A stretch of DNA of 64,000 nucleotides from Mobula hypostoma (lineage: Eukaryota). Made by a program: the position numbers and the translations under genes. The stretch lies in NCBI RefSeq assembly GCF_963921235.1, contig NC_086109.1:27592001-27656000 (forward strand), given 5' to 3'. This document shows positions 61,866-64,000 of the stretch, piece after piece; within the stretch, counting starts at the first letter, position 1, and each line of letters opens with the position of its first letter. The notes beneath the pieces are model-generated. The model was not told the DNA's origin. It saw only the letters and a program-made list of their open reading frames with translations, and ran no database searches.

Positions 61866-63067
61866 TATCTTCTAACACTTTTAAGTTATTTTAATCATGA
61901 GTTGCTACAGAAACAGAAAAAATGTATTTAATTAGAACCTGTAATAATGATTGCACTCTGTCTCATCTACTCATTAAATAAAGCTTGTGACTCCTTGCAG
62001 AGAGCCAGATCGCTTTCTCCATTTTGTAATTTATCTGAATGAAATTAACTTCAATTTTATGTCATGTTTTCTTTTGCAGAACGATATATATAGTAGAAGT
62101 TCACTCTTTGGTATCCACAAAAAGGTTTGTTAACGGAGCACGTGGTACTACTTTAGACCTCAATGGAAGGTGAACGCTACACATAGAACAGAAAATAAAT
62201 ACCTAACTCAAACAAATCTTCCCCGCGTGATACAAGCTGAACACTTACATCATCCAAACTATGCAAATATTTATCGAGCTACATTTGCCAAGCTGCAGCA
62301 CGGTTTGGATGAAACCTTAAATGTTGGTCTGGGTATAACACATAATTGCATGCTACCCAAGGACTTTCAACATAAGCTCTGCTGTTTATTACGAAGTGTT
62401 GCCAAATTGGATCTGCAAGCGAACATGACTTTCAGAAGCTGTACAAGCAAAACATCTACGGCAGAGGAAGACAGAAATTCAAAGCTGCTGCCTCTGCTTT
62501 AAGTGCCAACCACAGAGCTGTGCTTACTGAAGCACATTCTTCAGGTTCTGCTTGGATAGACAGCATCGCTCAGTGAACTCTGTGGCCAAAAGCATCCATA
62601 TGCTGTGGTCTCCTGTGTGTTCAGGGTAGATTCCCTTAACCCCTGAGCACCTGCTGCACTAATGGAAGGCATCTTGCACAAATTTAGATTCAGTTTAGAT
62701 CTTGGTGTCCACCAACTGTGCAACAAGACATGCCGCCCGTTGTGAATATGATTCATTCTTGCTTTTTTAATTGTCCATAATGGGATGCACGTCATAAATT
62801 AACATGTCAGAAAATTTCACTCTTATATTGGCAAAAAAGACTCAGCACCAGTATTTTTGCTGGATAACTTCTCTTTACGCTGTTTTTGTTATCTGAAGCA
62901 CACTTCTCATTACTACCACCAGAGAGAAGGTACAGGAGCTTGAGGTCACACACTCAATGTTTTAGAAACAACTTATTTCCCTCTGTCATCAGATTTCTAA
63001 ATAGTCTATGTACACTACCTCTTTTTTTTCTTTTTTCCTCTTTGTACTACTTATTTTTTTTCTATAT

Positions 63068-63520
63068 AGTGAATTCCAGTTAATATGGGACACATTGGGA
63101 CCAGTACATTTTGGCCCAATTAAGCAGCTGCCCCAATTAGCTGAAGTTTTATTGAAATAATTAAAATAGTATTAAAAATAACAAGCTACTGTTTTACTGA
63201 GTTAAAAAAATGTATTTAAGTGAAATACAGAACAAAGTAGAACACTACCAATACTGTACTCTAAACCTGTGTATTGATCCCTATTGTTATTGACAGATGA
63301 ATTCATCCAATGTACACTGCACAATGTTTTGGACTGACTGTGCAAACACTAAGTGCAGATAATGTACTGCCTTCATACAATATTTTTGATGATTACATCT
63401 TTCAAATCTTCATTTGCATTGTAACATTCAAGGCGATTGTCCATACCTTCAAATTCTCCATAGTTTCTAACTTGAAGAAGAGAAATTATTCACTTTCACT
63501 GCTAATGCTTTAGGCATCTC
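63068..63520. mobile_element. Probable Tigger/pogo-like DNA transposon end fragment
   Basis: After TATA: TAGTGAATTCCAGTTAATATGGGACAC..GGCCCAATTAAGC..CCCCAATTAGC subterminal motifs; only one end visible. Confidence 0.45.
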
Positions 63521-64000
63521 ATAAGAACAAAGGAAATAGGAGGAAGAGCAGGCTATCTGACCCGTTGAGCCTGCTCTGCCATTCAATAAGATCATGGCTG
63601 ATCTGGCCATGGACTCAACTCCAAACATCTGCCTTTCCCCCATAACCCTTAATTCCCTTACTATGCAAAAGGTCTATCCAACCTAGTCTGAAATATTTCT
63701 ACTGAGGTAGACTCCACTGCTTCATTGGGCAGAGAATTCCACAGATTCACCACTCTCTGGGAAAAGAGATTGCCAACCAGAGTAACACCCATGTATGCCA
63801 ACTTTGCTTTCTCTTAGTTAACCAATCCTCTATCCATGCTAATACAGCACCCCCAACTCTATGCATCCTTACCTTATGGATAAGTCTTTTACGTGGCACC
63901 TTATCGAATGCCTTTTGGAAATCCAAATAAATAACATCCATCTGCTCCCCTCTATCCACTGCAATCATTATATCCTCAAAGAACTCCAGTAAGTTTGTCA
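63521..64000 (-). mobile_element. CR1 LINE 3' end joined to RT region (internal deletion), continues past the window
   Basis: 3' tail like 11164-11400, abruptly joined at ~63770 to DVIYLDFQKAFDKVP..WIEDWL. Confidence 0.88.

Noticed and set aside
62080..62800. ORFs 62170-62502 (+) and 62541-62795 (-), plus a + strand acceptor near 62079
   Set aside because: Non-repeat and somewhat exon-like, possibly the 5' part of the fossil gene, but I recognise no homology and cannot fix strand or frame.
1..64000. CRISPR arrays, rRNA/tRNA genes, prokaryotic operons or defence systems
   Set aside because: No regularly spaced repeat-spacer array, no rRNA or full tRNA sequence and no dense ORF organisation; the sequence is vertebrate repeat-rich DNA.

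Overview
Eukaryotic, repeat-dense vertebrate genomic DNA. The repeat inventory (abundant CR1, Rex-Babar, Penelope/hammerhead pLTRs, HE1-like SINE remnants) suggests a cartilaginous fish, probably a ray; this is an inference. I see no intact protein-coding gene, rRNA, tRNA or CRISPR array. More than half of the window is transposable-element derived. The main elements are CR1 LINEs (one about 4 kb copy), a 5'-truncated RTE with a 13-bp TSD, a full-length but decayed ~3 kb Vingi/Ingi-clade LINE nested in a Rex-Babar LINE, Gypsy remnants and a solo LTR. DNA elements include hAT, Harbinger and Tc1 types, two copies of a TIR element with 6-bp TSDs, and a triple-nested hAT stack. Several tiny Penelope-derived inserts carry minimal hammerhead ribozymes and their own TSDs; two are tail-to-tail palindromes. 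Between the repeats, the minus strand carries about 14 AG/GT-bounded, stop-riddled exon-like segments (about 49.9 kb to 2.0 kb). Their translations, in order, resemble the N-terminal tail and start of the DHC_N2 linker of an axonemal dynein heavy chain (DNHD1/DNAH6/DNAH14-like). This is a candidate fossil spliced pseudogene; the homology was judged from memory and needs a search.
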